DNA from: Octopus vulgaris
Lineage: Eukaryota
DNA: 64,000 nt
Assembly: GCA_951406725.2 (NCBI GenBank)
Contig: OX597831.1
Coordinates: 7,068,001 to 7,132,000, forward strand
Direction: 5' to 3'
Positions 25,963 through 39,153 of this stretch are shown here, one piece after another. The notes under the pieces are model-generated. The model had not been told where the DNA came from and made no database searches. It saw nothing but the letters and a program-made list of their open reading frames with translations. Each line of letters begins with the position of its first letter. Position 1 is the stretch's first letter. A program made the position numbers and the translations under genes.

Positions 25963-26328
25963 ATTCGGAGTAAAGATTGTTTGCCAACATAACATGGCAG
26001 TCCTGGTTTAGGACGAATGTTGCTGTAATTTAGCCCCAGGAGACATCGTCTCCAGCTGGCTATATGACACGTTCTGTGTCCTTATATTTTCAAACAAGGG
26101 AATCTAGCATCCCCACTCGGCTCAAAACAATAATAACCCAGAAATCGCGATGCACAGATATTGTTTTGAGCTGAGTGGGGGTGCTAGATTCCCTTGTTCG
26201 AAAATATAAGGACACAGATCGTGTTGTATAGCCAGCTGGAGACAATGTCCCTTGGGGCTAAATTACAGCAACATTCATCCTAAACCAGGACTGCCATGTT
26301 ATGTTGGCAAACAATCTTTACTCCAAAT
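25963..26328. mobile_element. Foldback MITE: about 166-170-bp inverted arms, 26-nt spacer
   Basis: 25967-26132 is the reverse complement of 26159-26324 with about 10 substitutions and no indels. Confidence 0.9.
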
Positions 26329-26529
26329 TACTGTTGCTGAATATCTCTCGTTGTGAGATTTAAAAATAGTAATTTTCTAATAAAGGATTTCTCATATTAG
26401 AATGAAGCTGCAATGTTTTTGGAGAGAAGTTTATTGAACTGTCCCAAGTAATTCATTAGGTCCTAATGGAAGAATAACTGAAGGAATTTGAACAAAAAGG
26501 GCCAAAACTGAAAACAGATATAATAATAA

Positions 26530-26920
26530 TAACCCTTTCTACTACAGGCATAAGGCCTGAAATTTGTGGGGAGGGGAGCTAGTTGGTTACATTGACCCCA
26601 GTATTGCCTGGTACTTATTTTATAGACCCTGAAAGGATGAAAGGCAAGGTTGACCCCCAAGCAGTATTTGGACTAAGAAGGGAAAGAGTGCTGCCTTAAT
26701 AACAATAATTCTTTCAAATTTTGGCACAAGGCCAGCAATTTGGGGGAATGGAGCAAGTCAATTAGATTGACCACAGTGTTCAACTGATATTTTATCGACC
26801 CTGCAATAATGAAAGGCAAAGTTGACCTCAATAAAATTTGAACTCAGAACTGAAAGACATACAAAATGATGAACAGCTTTTTGTCTGATGTGCTAACAGT
26901 TCTGCCAGCTTGCTGCCTTA
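26530..26920 (-). mobile_element. SINE family A, two diverged copies
   Basis: GACCCTGAAAGGATGAAAGGCAAGG and TTTGAACTCAGAAC...CTGCCAGCTTGCTGCC. Confidence 0.75.
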
Positions 26921-27331
26921 AGCAATTGAAATTACCAAATTTGAATATATATTTGAAGCAATTGATAATTCCATGATACTTTGTGTGTGTCAATTTATTT
27001 TATTATACAAATAAATGCACCAGGTGGCAGCTAATGTATTGTAGAAATATAAAACAAAAAATCAACAAAAACCTAGCATATTTATACATTTTTATATACA
27101 TTCTAATTCAAATGTGATTTATTAACTGATTTCATTTGAAAATCTACCAAAGCATCAAATTTCTATAATAGAAGAAAGATTTCAATAAAATTATAACAAG
27201 AAATCACAACTCAGAGCCAAACATAAATGGTGGGAGCAACATAATGCGTGTGAGTGTTCAAGCTATATATGCAGTGATAATCAGTTTTCAGACGTCAAAT
27301 ATTTAATTAATTAACTAAAATATTTACACCA

Positions 27332-27809
27332 GTTTTTATTTTCTGGATTGCAAAAAAAAAAAGCTTCAGAGTCAGACTCATTAATCCATCTGAAAATAAA
27401 AGAGAGGTGAAGTCAACCCATTATTTTATTAATGGTGGAACCCCGCAGACTACATTAGTAAATAAATGAGAAATACACAAGATAAACTGTATTTTTTCTA
27501 AATAGATAAGACCAGCTGGCAAACACTGATGCTCTTGCAGTATCAACAATTTGATTTTTCCCAAACAAGTCTATTCCCCAGACACTATAGTGTTCACATT
27601 AGAAAAGTTATATAACTAGTTTAAGATGATACTGCACAAATGTCAGTGTTTGCCAGCTGGACTTATCTCTACAGAAAATTCAACTTATCTCATTTAGTTG
27701 CTAATATAGTCTGCTAGGTCTCACCATTAATAAAATAATGGATTGATCCCACCTCTGTTTTAGTGTTTAATGGATTAGCAAGTTTTTTGTAATCCAGAAA
27801 AATAAGAAC
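27332..27809. mobile_element. Older foldback element with about 185-215-bp diverged inverted arms
   Basis: CCATTATTTTATTAATGGTG and CCAGCTGGCAAACACTGA blocks recur as reverse complements. Confidence 0.8.
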
Positions 27810-28143
27810 CAAAATAGGATTTCACTTCATTGCTTCTATCCATTTTTGCCACCCACAATTCCTAGGAGGGTTGTAGGGGGTAGAGTCTTCAGTCACCTCC
27901 TCCAGAGGGGAAACAACCTCTTCTGGTTGGATTTGAAAGTAGGACCAACTGATTCAGTTAATTAAATACTCAAGTTAACAGGTGACTACTGCAAGTAAAG
28001 GTGTGAATAAATGTAAACAGATATGTGTATGGGTCTGCTTGATATCTTTTATCTTTTACTTATTTCAGTCATTGGACTGCAACCATACTGGAGCACCACC
28101 TTGAAGGGTTTTAGTCAAACAAATTGAGCCCATACTTGCGTAT

Positions 28144-28147
<4 letters not shown>

Positions 28148-28238
<91 letters not shown>
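28148..28238. repeat. (GA)n microsatellite, about 45 units
   Basis: Direct reading. Confidence 0.95.
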
Positions 28239-28239
<1 letters not shown>

Positions 28240-29412
28240 ATATTGCCCAATTCTTACAAATACTGTTACATCATCTCTGAAATAAGAATGTCTGGCAACC
28301 AATTTCACTTTCTTAAGCCAATTGTTTTATTGTAGGGAAGTGATTTATTGAGTTGCAGTTTATTGAGTTAAAAAAATGTAATTAATTAGGTTTTTGAAAA
28401 TATTGAGTCTGAGCAGCAAGATTGGCTTTAACATTAGAGGCAATGAATGACAGCAAGTTGGCAGAAATGGTTTGTCGTCAAAGTAAATGCCTTTCTGAGT
28501 TTTGTTTCATCTTTGTGCAGAGTTCAAAATTTGAAAATTAACCTTGTCTCTATGTAAGAAATCAATATTAGAGAGAAATGCTAAGATCTTTCAAATATTC
28601 TATCAAACCAGTTTTGAAATGATGCAGATGGAAATTATCTTGATTTTAAATCCGATGATGACACAAGTACTTCAGCGTTTGAGAAAAAACAAGCTACTTA
28701 TTACCATAACATCAAAAACACAGAAATATTGAAACTGAATTTGGAAATTTTTTTGTATTTTTAGTAATTAACCAATGAAAAGTTATTAAATTTATCAGCA
28801 AGAGTGAGTGACTTATTGAAGCCAGAGAAAGATCAATTTTTAACTAATCTAATTTCAGTTTACTTTTGAAGTGTTTGTTACAACTCCTGCTTCTATCATT
28901 TTATGGCATTACTCAGCAATAAAACTATAGAGAAAGTAAACTTGTTGACTGAAAAAAAACCAAAAAAAAACTTGACAGCCTCCAATGAAATTTTGTCAAT
29001 ATACTCCTAACTTTGCTTATCCCCTTCTCTGGTGCCTTGCTGTATTTTTTTCCTTTCACTTCTAAGCAAAGGATATATTTTGAGAGTTATATAAAATATA
29101 TTTTTTAAGTAATTAGGCAAACCTGTGCTAGTTGAAACCTTTTTCTCTTTAATAGCCTAATCGATACTTTCTTTATGTCAAACAACAGCTCATGTCGTTA
29201 ATGTAATAGCTACTTTAGGTTACAAAGAAGAAAAAAAAGGCAATATCAAGCTATTTATCTTCAGGTTTTCATGCCATATAAAGCAATAGTTGACACGCAA
29301 TTTCTACCGCCAAACCTCTTTGTAATTCTGGTAAAATGTATCTCAGCTGCAATCTATTCCTTTTCTGAATACAAAACCAGACCACTTACATTAATAATGT
29401 TTTCTCCACCAA

Positions 29413-29573
29413 ATCATCATCATCACCATCATCATTGTTTAACATTGTTTAACATCCGCCTTCCTAGCATGGGTTGGATGATTTTGACTGAGGGCTGGCG
29501 AACCAGATGGCTGCACCAGGCTCCAATCTTGATTTGGCAGAGTTTCTACAGCTGGATGCCCTTCCTAATGCCA
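29413..29573 (-). mobile_element. RTE-LINE 3'-end repeat, truncated
   Basis: Conserved tail sequence. Confidence 0.8.
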
Positions 29574-29904
29574 ATTTTAGATATATTTCCAGCTGTAGAT
29601 TTTTAAAAGTGTTTGACCTGACATGAAGTAAAGATTTAATGGTCGTTGCTCCAAAGCTCATCTTGCCATCCTTAGAAGATGAATGGTGAGAATTAGAAAT
29701 GTTTTTTTTTTAAAACTTTAATCAGTGAAAGATTTACTATTCATCGCTGATGGACTTGGAAGAGTGGAACTGTTTCTTTTTATTCATCTTTTAGTTGAAG
29801 AACTTTTGAGAAACGAATCTGTCAGGTGATTCTTTTGCTTTTCTGCTTCCTCCTAAATCTTTTAACATTCATGAAATGTAATGCTTATTAACTCATGGTG
29901 ATAC

Positions 29905-30222
29905 AAGTGCCGGTGACACGTAAAAACACCACCCGAACGTGGCCGTTGCCAGCACCGCCTCGACTGGCCTCCGTGCCGGTGGCACATAAAAAGCACCAAC
30001 TGATCATGGCCGTTGCCAGCTTCACCTGGCACCTGTGCCAGTGACACGTAAAAAGCACCCACTACACTCACGGAGTGGTTGGCGTTAGGAAGGGCATCCA
30101 GCTGTAGAAACACTGCCAGATCAGACTGGGCTTGGTGCAGCCTCCTGGCTTCCCAGACCCTGGTCGAACCGTCCAACCCATGCCAGCATGGAAAGCAGAT
30201 GTTAAACGATGATGATGATGAT
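29905..30222 (+). mobile_element. RTE-LINE 3'-end repeat with three internal units
   Basis: GTGCC.GTG.CAC.TAAAAA.CACC three times; (GAT)n tail. Confidence 0.85.
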
Positions 30223-30243
30223 GTTTTGAATCAAATCTTGCAC

Positions 30244-30384
30244 TATCTCATAACTCTGAGATTTTAAAGCTGTAATTGTATATTCTTAGAATGACATTGT
30301 AGAGTAGGTGTGAAAGGCCAGATCTTGTTGGTTTAAACATAAAACAGGTAGAAAATTTAGTTAGTTTGAATACCAAAGGGTTAA
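30244..30384 (-). mobile_element. Partial piggyBac-like MITE (same family as 59412-59639)
   Basis: Ends AAAGGG-TTAA; AACATAAAACAGGTAGAA matches the reverse complement of the 59412 copy. Confidence 0.6.
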
Positions 30385-30614
30385 CACATAAAAAAAAACT
30401 GGATATTTCCATTAATTTCCTTCATTTCTTCCCCTCATTCTTTGTTCTTTACAAGGATTTAAATGCCACAAAATGGGCTCTCTTCAACAGATTACAAAAT
30501 ATTGACAAACATTTTGGAATTCTTTTTTTGCAGTAAATGTGCAGAGCTTAGTTGTTCTGTTTGCTGTAATTATGAGTCTTGTAATATATCATTATTATTA
30601 TTATTATTATTATT

Positions 30615-31040
30615 GTGGTGAGCTGGCAGAACTGTTAGCATGCCAAGCAAAAATGTTTAATGGCATTTCCGCTGTCTTTACATTCTTAGTTCAAATCCTG
30701 AAGAGGTTGACGTTGCTTTTCATCCTTTCAGGGACAATGAAATAAGTACCAGTTGAGTACTGGGGTTGTTGTAAATGACCTTCCCCCTCCCCTCATAATT
30801 GTTGGTCTTGTGCCAAAATTAGAAAGAATTATTATTATAGCAGTGAAATGGTAGAATTGTTAGAGAGTCAGACAAAATGCCTTGCAGTAATTCCATGTTC
30901 TGAGTACAAATTCCACAGAGGACAACTTTGCCTTTCATTCCTCCTGGGTTGATAAAATAAAGTACCAGTTAACTCTTGGGTCCAACAGTGTTGTCTTACT
31001 GCTTGGCTCAAAATTGCTGACCTTGTGCCTAAATTAGAAA
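30615..31040 (+). mobile_element. SINE family A, two tandem diverged copies
   Basis: GGTGAGCTGGCAGAA...TTTCATCCTTTCAGGG...AAGTACCAG. Confidence 0.75.
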
Positions 31041-31350
31041 CCGATATTATTGAGGGCAGTTATATCATTGGAAACTAGTTCTTTGGGTTTTCTTACACAC
31101 CACATTCCCAACAAACAGATTGTTCATTGTCTCAAAAACTGCATAATGGCTGATTGGGGGTGGGGGGTTGTAAGACAAAAGCAACTTCCAATCAAACTAT
31201 GAAGAGACGTGTCCACAACATCAACCAAACAATCCAAGTATTTTTGTTTTACAACTCACAGTTTTGAAATTGTTTCTGCTTTCCAGTCTCAGATTATGTA
31301 TGCTTATATGTCGATATATTTTTTAGAAAATTACTAAAATAATAATAATA

Positions 31351-31727
31351 AGTGGCTGTGTGGTAAGTAGCTTGCTTACCAACCACATGGTTCCGGGTTC
31401 AGTCCCACTGCGTGGCACCTTGGGCAAGTGTCTTCTACTATAGCCTCGGGCCGACCAAAGCCTTGTGAGTGGATTTGGTAGACGGAAACTGAAAGAAGCC
31501 CGTCGTATATATGTATGTGCGTGTATGTTTGTGTGTCTGTGTTTGTCCCTCTAGCATTGCTTGACAACCGATGCTGGTGTGTTTATGTCCCCGTTACTTA
31601 GCGGTTCGGCAAAAGAGACCGATAGAATAAGTACTGGGCTTACAAAGAATAAGTCCCGGGGTCGAGTTGCTCGACTAAAGGCGGTGCTCCAGCATGGCCG
31701 CAGTCAAATGACTGAAACAAGTAAAAG
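31351..31727 (+). mobile_element. tRNA-derived CORE-like SINE family B
   Basis: GTGGCTGTGTGGTAAG (A box)...GGTTCAGTCCC (B box), CCTTGGGCAAGTG CORE-like segment, A-rich tail. Confidence 0.85.
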
Positions 31728-32779
31728 AAAAAAAAAAGAAAAAAAAGAAATGTTTTATACTACTGCATTGCTGTTGCTGTGTTTAACAACATGAATAAAC
31801 TCATGTTTTCCATCCTTTTGCTCAGTCATTTATCTCTCATCACTCTCACTTCTATTCTCCTTGTGAGGTTTATTTGCTTTGAATGAAATTAGACAACATA
31901 GAGTAAAAGGACTCTTTAGCCTTGCAGAGAACTAGCCAACCTCTCTAGTGCTGGTGCCATCATAAAATGTACACCCCACCACCACCATTCACTTGTCTGA
32001 GATCTTTAACTCATGTAGGAGAGTAAACTCCAAATAAGAAGTGACTCAGGTCATGAGGACTCATCCAACCCATACCAGCATGGGAAACAGGTATATGATG
32101 GTGATGGCGATGATGATGAGAGTGAAAAGTATTTCCAAAGTATTGTACAGTTATAAGAAAATGTAAAGAGCATATCATTTTATATCTAGAAATTAATGAT
32201 CAAAGCCCATAGGAAGAAGTCTTTAGCTTGTGTTTGAAATCTAGATTTTTCTGATAACCAGTGGCAGCCCCCTTTTTTTATTATTATTTTGGAACCAGAA
32301 TATTCTACAGATCCCCAATTTCTACTCCTGACTCGTTCCGATGAACCAACAAGTCAAGTTACTCACCTCACAAGAAACAGCACTAAAAACCTCCCCCTAT
32401 TCTCTTAAAATAGAACACATGAAATAACGTGGTTCTATGTCTTAACAAAGACAGGATGGTCATGGCTGGGACATTTTTTATCGTAGGTCTGCTTGATCAG
32501 GACTGACTTTGGGTTTAAGAACTGGTACTACAAAGTTTAAAGCAGCTTCCAGGAGCAGATTAAAAGAGATTAGTGAAAGAAGAAGACCACATGGCATTAA
32601 TGCATCTTTGACTTGTTAATCAATTTGGAGGCTGTATTTCTAATGGTGGATGATCTCAGCAATAATACAGGTACAATTGCTTTGAAGTTTCCTTTCAGGT
32701 AAATTGCCTTATTTGCTACGTAGGAAAGGTGTTGGTAGAAATTCCCTACAGTCTACTCAGTGCAAGTTATGGATACATA

Positions 32780-33045
32780 AGTAGTACAGTGGCATCACAT
32801 GAAGGCTAATGGAAAAGTGTTTGTGTGCGTGTGTAAGATGCACTGGCGCTAAAGATATACAGAAAATAGATTTCCTCAAATGCTGCCCCAGAGATTCACA
32901 AGAAGTAATAAATAGTTTCTGTGAATTAGGTGACATAATTAGCAGTGGAGGAGGATGTTCTGAAGGTATAGTTGTCAGAATAAGAAGAGGATTAAGAGAA
33001 AGGTTCGAGATTTTCTTTAATATTTTGTCAATGAAGGAGGAGTAA
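32780..33045 (+). mobile_element. Decayed RTE ORF fragment
   Basis: SFCELGDIISSGGGCSEGIVVRIR; same region as the RTE fragment near 50230-50340. Confidence 0.65.
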
Positions 33046-33064
33046 AAAATTGTTGTGTAAACCT

Positions 33065-33329
33065 AAGGAATTACAACCATGTTTCGTGGTCTGCTACCAC
33101 ACTAGCTCCTTTATAGGATCCAGTTAGCTCAAGACATCATGAGGAGGAACCATGTCCGGTTTCAGCCCCTACTTTTCTACCGTTTTGACTCGGTGGGGCC
33201 CCCGCTTTCGGAGGTGTCTTCAGCTCTGGTGTTGGGTGCATGTCTTCTTTCTTCTGTTCCCTGGCCTCTTCGATGTATCGTCAGCGAGTGTCAATCGGTG
33301 ACTGACTGACTTGTCAAATTTTTTCCTTT
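33065..33329 (-). repeat. Second copy of the 17748-18015 repeat
   Basis: Reverse-complement alignment. Confidence 0.8.
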
Positions 33330-34880
33330 GCATTTTGTTTTTCTAGTAAATTGTGTGACCACGGACACATTCCCCCCTCAGCAAGGACAGATATAATCAT
33401 AGTGGACAAAATGGCTCAATTCTTGCCTGTCAAGCAATTCAGTTCAGAAACTAGAAAGTATTTTGATGAACTTCAAAAATCTTGATTTTCTCTATGAAGT
33501 GTGCTCCATCTTTTCAGTCGCCATCTTAGACATAGAAATAAATCAGAATCCAACATAAAATGTTTTGTCTCTTCTTTTACAGCTTTCTCTTCATTCTTCT
33601 GACTTTTAAAATAAAATGTTTTACATATGTGAAGAACAGCTCTCCTTTTATATGTTTCATTGAATATACAGCTGTGTTTCAACTTTTATCTCTTTTATTT
33701 TAGACTTTACAGATTTTCTTAGTTTTGTTTTTTACAGTTGGTTTGAAACAAAGTTCCTGCATTTCTATTCGACATTTGCATTTCTTCAGTCATATTTTCA
33801 AGAGCTGAATATATTTGGCCTCTGTTGTTTCTTATATATTGGTTGAATTCATGTACAATTTCTCACTAAAAGCAATGTCTCTTTCTCTCTCTCTCTCTCC
33901 GTCCTTTGGTTTTTGTACGTTGATGTTTTCTATTGCAAAACATGTTGTTGAATATCTGACATTGTGCCATGAAGATTGGTGTTAAGAAGAAGTCGAAGAA
34001 ATCTAAATTATTTTCTTTCCACGTAAGGTTGCATACACACAGTTATTGCTCTCCGTTTCTTCCGTTGCAATCATTGATATATTTGGAGGAACAAAGAATA
34101 TTTCTGTTGTGTTGCATTTTAAAGAATGTTTGGCTCTGGTTACTATCAGTCAGGCAATTATTTTGATATCCTTCAATGAAATGGTTTTACTTGTTTGAGC
34201 AGAATCTATTTTGTTGCTAGCTTCATAAATAGGTTTGTTAATGTCTTCAAACATGGAGAACTGTTGCCAAGTTAAGAAATTCTACGATCATTTTTGTGGT
34301 TGTTTACATGAATATTGATGTAGCCAGAAATAATGATATTAAAGTAATGGAGACAAACAAAATGAAGTGATCCAATGACACAAGTTATTTATATAGAAAC
34401 TAAAGCATGGAATTTTCCAGTTGATGAAAATTTTACTTGGCAACCAATGTTTTTAAAAGATATAAAAGATTTTTAAGATTGAGATCTCAAAAAAAAAAAA
34501 GTTATTTTCAAGTAAGCATTATTTCAGAGCCATTTCTTTGGCTGGTTTTTCCGAAAGAAATGATGGATGTCAGAGTTGCAATATAAACATTTATATTTGA
34601 AAGAGCCAAGTTTCTTGGAAAATATTAATATTTATTTAAGGAATGTCACTTTGGTTTGAATCAACAAACCATTTTGTATCAAACAGGCTACAACACTCCA
34701 GTTGGGTTTTACAACTTTAGCCATTGAGCTTTGTACATTCAGTCTTTATAACAGGATTAGTGTTTTGTAGATTGAGTTTCTGTTGTGAATAGAATTCAGC
34801 ACAGAACAAGCAACAGAAGTTTGCTCAGTTGAAATTCTTCGTAAAGTGATACATGAGACTTTTCCAAGATCAGCAAATGC

Positions 34881-35743
34881 ATGCTGCAGTACTTAATGTT
34901 GGATCATGAAAACAACATTTTAATGATTAGACAGTGGTCCAGTGGAATAGCTCTCAGAAACAGGCTACATACAAATTTGTTCTCCACAACTCTTGGAGCT
35001 GCTTTCAGATATAATCCATCCCATTCTTATAAAAATGGTAATTTTGTCCAAATTGATGTGCTAAGCTCAAATTGTCATTTCTGCAAAGCTTTAAAATTTC
35101 CAAATGAAACTAATAGCATGCGCTGCTCTTGCGGTAAGGTGAGATTGCCAGCACTACCAGCCCCTCCTCAACCTCTTATGGATCTTCTGGAAGGCACTTT
35201 CATCCAGTCAAAGGATTTTCTGGACAATATCAGACAATACAACTCTGCATTTCAAATGACATCATTTGGTGCATCTAAGAAGATAGCTAAACATGGATTT
35301 ATGCCGACATTCAAAGTTCAAGGGCAAGTCTATCACCTCATTGGTTCCTTGTTACCCACAAATGAACAACCAAAGTTCCTCCAAATTTACTTTATGAGTG
35401 ATGTAGGACAACAAACCTCAAAGGAGGTGTCAAAATTTCAGATGATGGGCTGTGTTAGATGCAGCACCAACTGCCGCAAAGGAGAGTATATCCATTGACA
35501 GCTTTCCAGTGCATTGAAAAATCACATAACCCCCATCCCCAATTTTCCATGACAGGTTAGGGCCTGAGATACTCCAAACGGACATATGGTATGTCATTTA
35601 GTTGAATTAACCCATTATTTACTCCACAAATGTTTTGTTGTCAATGCTGCACTTTCCCATATCACTTGTTTCAACATAACTGCAATATATTATATGCAAA
35701 CTATGCCGTTTTAATCCCGAGCAACGCCGGGATTCTCTGCAAG
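34881..35743 (+). mobile_element. Internally deleted Helitron: N-terminal RepHel fragment plus 3' terminal hairpin
   Basis: CHFCKALKFPNE...CSCGKVRLP...FLDNIRQYNSAFQMTSFG...FKVQGQVYHLIGSLLP...PKFLQIYF is the typical Helitron N-terminal region; 3' hairpin AATCCCG-AGCAACGC-CGGGATT then CTCTGCAAG|T (degenerate CTAG end). Confidence 0.9.
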
Positions 35744-35758
35744 TAATAATATATAAGT

Positions 35759-37085
35759 ATGGAATTTGGATTAGATAAGTGCGCAATATAAGTCAAATAA
35801 AGAGACAGGTAGTCCACAGTGGAGGCATTCAGTTACCAGATAGCCAGACATTAACATCACTGACAGGAGAGAGTTATAAAAGTAGCTAAAAGTATTAAAA
35901 TCAGAGTACTAACTATAGAAATGAAAGCAAAAATTGAGAAGGAGTACATCAGAAGGGTGAAGAAGTGAATGAAGTCAAAGCTAAATGGTCCGAATCTAGT
36001 GAAAGCTGTAAATACTTGGGCAGTATCGTTACTTAGATACTCAGCAGCTTTTGTAGATTGAATAAAATCTGAATTAGCAAATCTAGACAGAAGAACTGGA
36101 AAGGAATTCAATATGAATGGAGGACTTTATCCAAGAGCAGGAGAAACAAGATGATACTTTTCTAGAAAGGAAAGTGGAAGACTGTGTGGAGTAAGAATAG
36201 ATATAGTCTCTTGTGTAGGTAATAGTGAGGAAATTTTATTAAGAGCTGCCAGAGTAACAGTAGGAGATAGGGAAACCAAAAAGCCAAATGAGGTTAAAAA
36301 CTAGAAAACAGAAGCAAGAACATTTGACAGGCAAAAGAAGGTTTTGCATGCTAGATTTCCAAAGATAGTGGCAGAAAATAGTAATAGCGAGACATGGTTG
36401 TAGTTGCAGAAAGGATGGCTAAAAAAGGAGACAGGAAGTTTTATAGTAGCAGCACAAGGTCAAGCATTGAGGATTAATTGGATAAAAGCCAAGATTGACA
36501 AAGATCTGGTAGATTCCCAAGGTAGGTTATGTAAATCATAAGAGGAAAGTGTTACTCATATAGTAAGAGAATGTAGTGTGCTGGTACAGAAAGACTACAA
36601 GAAAAGACATGATAACCTAGGGAGAATAATCCACAGGGAGTTATGTAGAAAGCTAGGATTTGATCATACTGATAAATGGTATGAAGATGAACCTTGTAAA
36701 GTATTAGAAAGTAAGAAATATGAGATGTTGTATTTTAACAGTCATACTGACCAAAGTAATAGAAGCTAGAAGAGCTGATTTAGTAGCAGTAGACAAAGAG
36801 AATAGAAAGTGCCAGGTGATTGACTTAACAGCCCCCAAAGGATAAGTTGATATGAGAGGCATAGAGAAAGCAGCAGAGCACCAGGACCTGGCCATTGAGT
36901 TACAGAGACTATGGAAAGAGTGGGTAAAATGCCTCCTTGTACTTATAGGTGCATTAGGAATTATCCCTAAAGCCTTGGAAAAAGATGGATAGAGGAAATA
37001 GGCGTGAAACCTTATTTAGTGCATCTCCAGAAAACAGTATTATTAGGGACAGCTAGGATACTTAGAAAGGTTTTGACATCTAAGG
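35759..37085 (+). mobile_element. 5'-truncated, decayed RLE-type non-LTR retrotransposon (R4/Dong-like)
   Basis: MEFGLDKCA; KAVNTWAVSLLRYSA; LCKS-EESVTHIVRECS (CCHC-like); YKKRHDNLGRIIHRELC; RADLVAVDKENRKCQVID; QDLAIELQRLW; IGALG; many stops. Confidence 0.85.
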
Positions 37086-37167
37086 TTACTTGTAGCCTGA
37101 TGCTGGAATTTTTTAGCTTTCCAACAGTTTAATTGGTTGTACATATATGAAATAATGGTGGATGATG

Positions 37168-37505
37168 ATATGTGCATCTCTGATCATGAGCAGAAGTAGT
37201 GGGGGAGCATCATAGCCATGTGTTGAGAGTAATTTTGGGGAGTTCGGATAATTAACCTTAAACAACCTTTATTCAGAGACCTTTTGAGCGGGATGGGCTA
37301 CTTGACCAAAAGAAAATTCTAACTGGGCCCCACCTGCAAGGTCATGCGCTGTTTATCTTGATATGATATCACCATGTCGCACACATATAGTTGTGATGCC
37401 TGTGCCTGGTGCACCATTATCAGACAGGTAGTCATGATGGGTATACTGGACTTCGTATATTTTACCCCAGTGTCACTTTGATGGCATGCACTGCTCTCTC
37501 ACTCA
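37168..37505. repeat. Probable interspersed repeat bordered by (AAT)n
   Basis: GC-richer block ending CTGCTCTCTCACTCAA then (AAT)n; single copy here, family recognised only from memory. Confidence 0.4.
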
Positions 37506-38929
37506 AAATTAATAATAATAATAATAATAATGTTGTGGACTGGTAGAATCATTATTGAACAAGATACCTTGAGGTATTTGTTTTGCCTCTTTACATTCAA
37601 ATCCCACAGAAAAACCTCACCTTTCATCCCTCTGGGATCAACCAAGTACCAGTGAAGTGTTGTGGACAATTTAATCAACCAACCACCCCATTCCATCACC
37701 TCAAAACTGCCAGAATTTGACCTAAATTAAAAACATTTGTCATCATATTGATATCAAGTCTCCTACATGTTGTTATAATAACAATTATATTCAAAATTGT
37801 TTGTATAGTTGTGTAGTTTGGGCTGAACAAAAACCTACAGAATTTAACTCGGTTCTTCAATGTTGGTGAACCACGTTTATTTTGTTAGTTTTCCTTGTAA
37901 TAAAACATATTTGATATTTTTCTCAAATAATGTATTTGTATGTAAAGCCTTCAGACATAAACAGGTGAAAAGTGTAATAAAAGTTTAATGTTTCAAACAT
38001 TTCCCATTCATTTCTCCCTTGAATCGAAGGATATGGCCGTCTTAAGTGCTTAATTAATATTAGAGATAAAAGCAATGAAAGGATATTGTATGATATAACG
38101 AGAGGGATGGTAGGAGAGTTTGGAGACATTGTATAAGAGGTATAAAGTTGTATAACACTTAAGCATGGCCAGTGGATACAAAAGAGCTGCGATGAGAGAA
38201 AGACAATGTGTTTGTGGTCCATCAGCTGTGCAGCGTTTGTTCGTGGAAAGAATTAAGAAAAGATGTGTGGACTGAGTGATTGCGCATCAAAGACATTGGC
38301 ACATTTATGCAGTAGAGACAACAATGCCTGCACGGACGTGTAAATGCATAATGGCTTCCTAATGAAGGGCTGATAGTAAGGCAATATAATTTAGAATTAA
38401 CAGAAGGAACACCAGAAATGTGGTAATGAGGTCAGAATTAAGAGCATTGGACCTCTTAGATAAAATGAACCAGAAATGAGATGTATGGAGACAAATTCAA
38501 TTCAGGTCAGCATGACAAAATTGGAATTTAAGAAACAAAAATGCAGCTAATTTAACAGTCACAATAACCAAAATCTATAGAATCTTGTTTATAAAGCATT
38601 CAACAAGCTGATTTGACTGAAGTAAAGAGATAAATGTGTTTTATTCAAAATAATAACAACACAATGTCAATCACAAGGTTCAACTATTATTTAACTTATT
38701 ATAACCACTTAACTACTCAGCTTTCATGTATTTGGCTTTACTAAGGAAACGGAATACAATTCTGATGGTAATTGATATTTTTTTTGTAAATTTAGACCTA
38801 ATATGGCTGATATGATGTCCTCTCTCTTAACTAAAAAAAAACCTCTTCATCCATGCCTCTTAACATCAGCTTTTTGCCATTTGGTTTCTTCTTTACATTT
38901 ACAACGAACCAACTGAAAAATTTAATATC

Positions 38930-39153
38930 TGTTTATTACCCAGAAGGGGCTAAACATAGAGGGGACAAACAAGGACAGACAAACGGATTAAGTCGATTAC
39001 ATCGACCCCAGTGCGTAACTGGTACTTAATTCATCGACCCCCGAAAGGATGAAAGGCAAGGTCGACCTCGGCGGAATTTGAACTCAGAATGTAATGGCAG
39101 ACGAAATACGGCTATGCATTTCGCCCGGCGTGCTAACAGTTCTGCCAGCTCGC
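38930..39153 (-). mobile_element. SINE family A, young full-length copy
   Basis: High identity to the reverse complement of 52938-53168. Confidence 0.9.
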
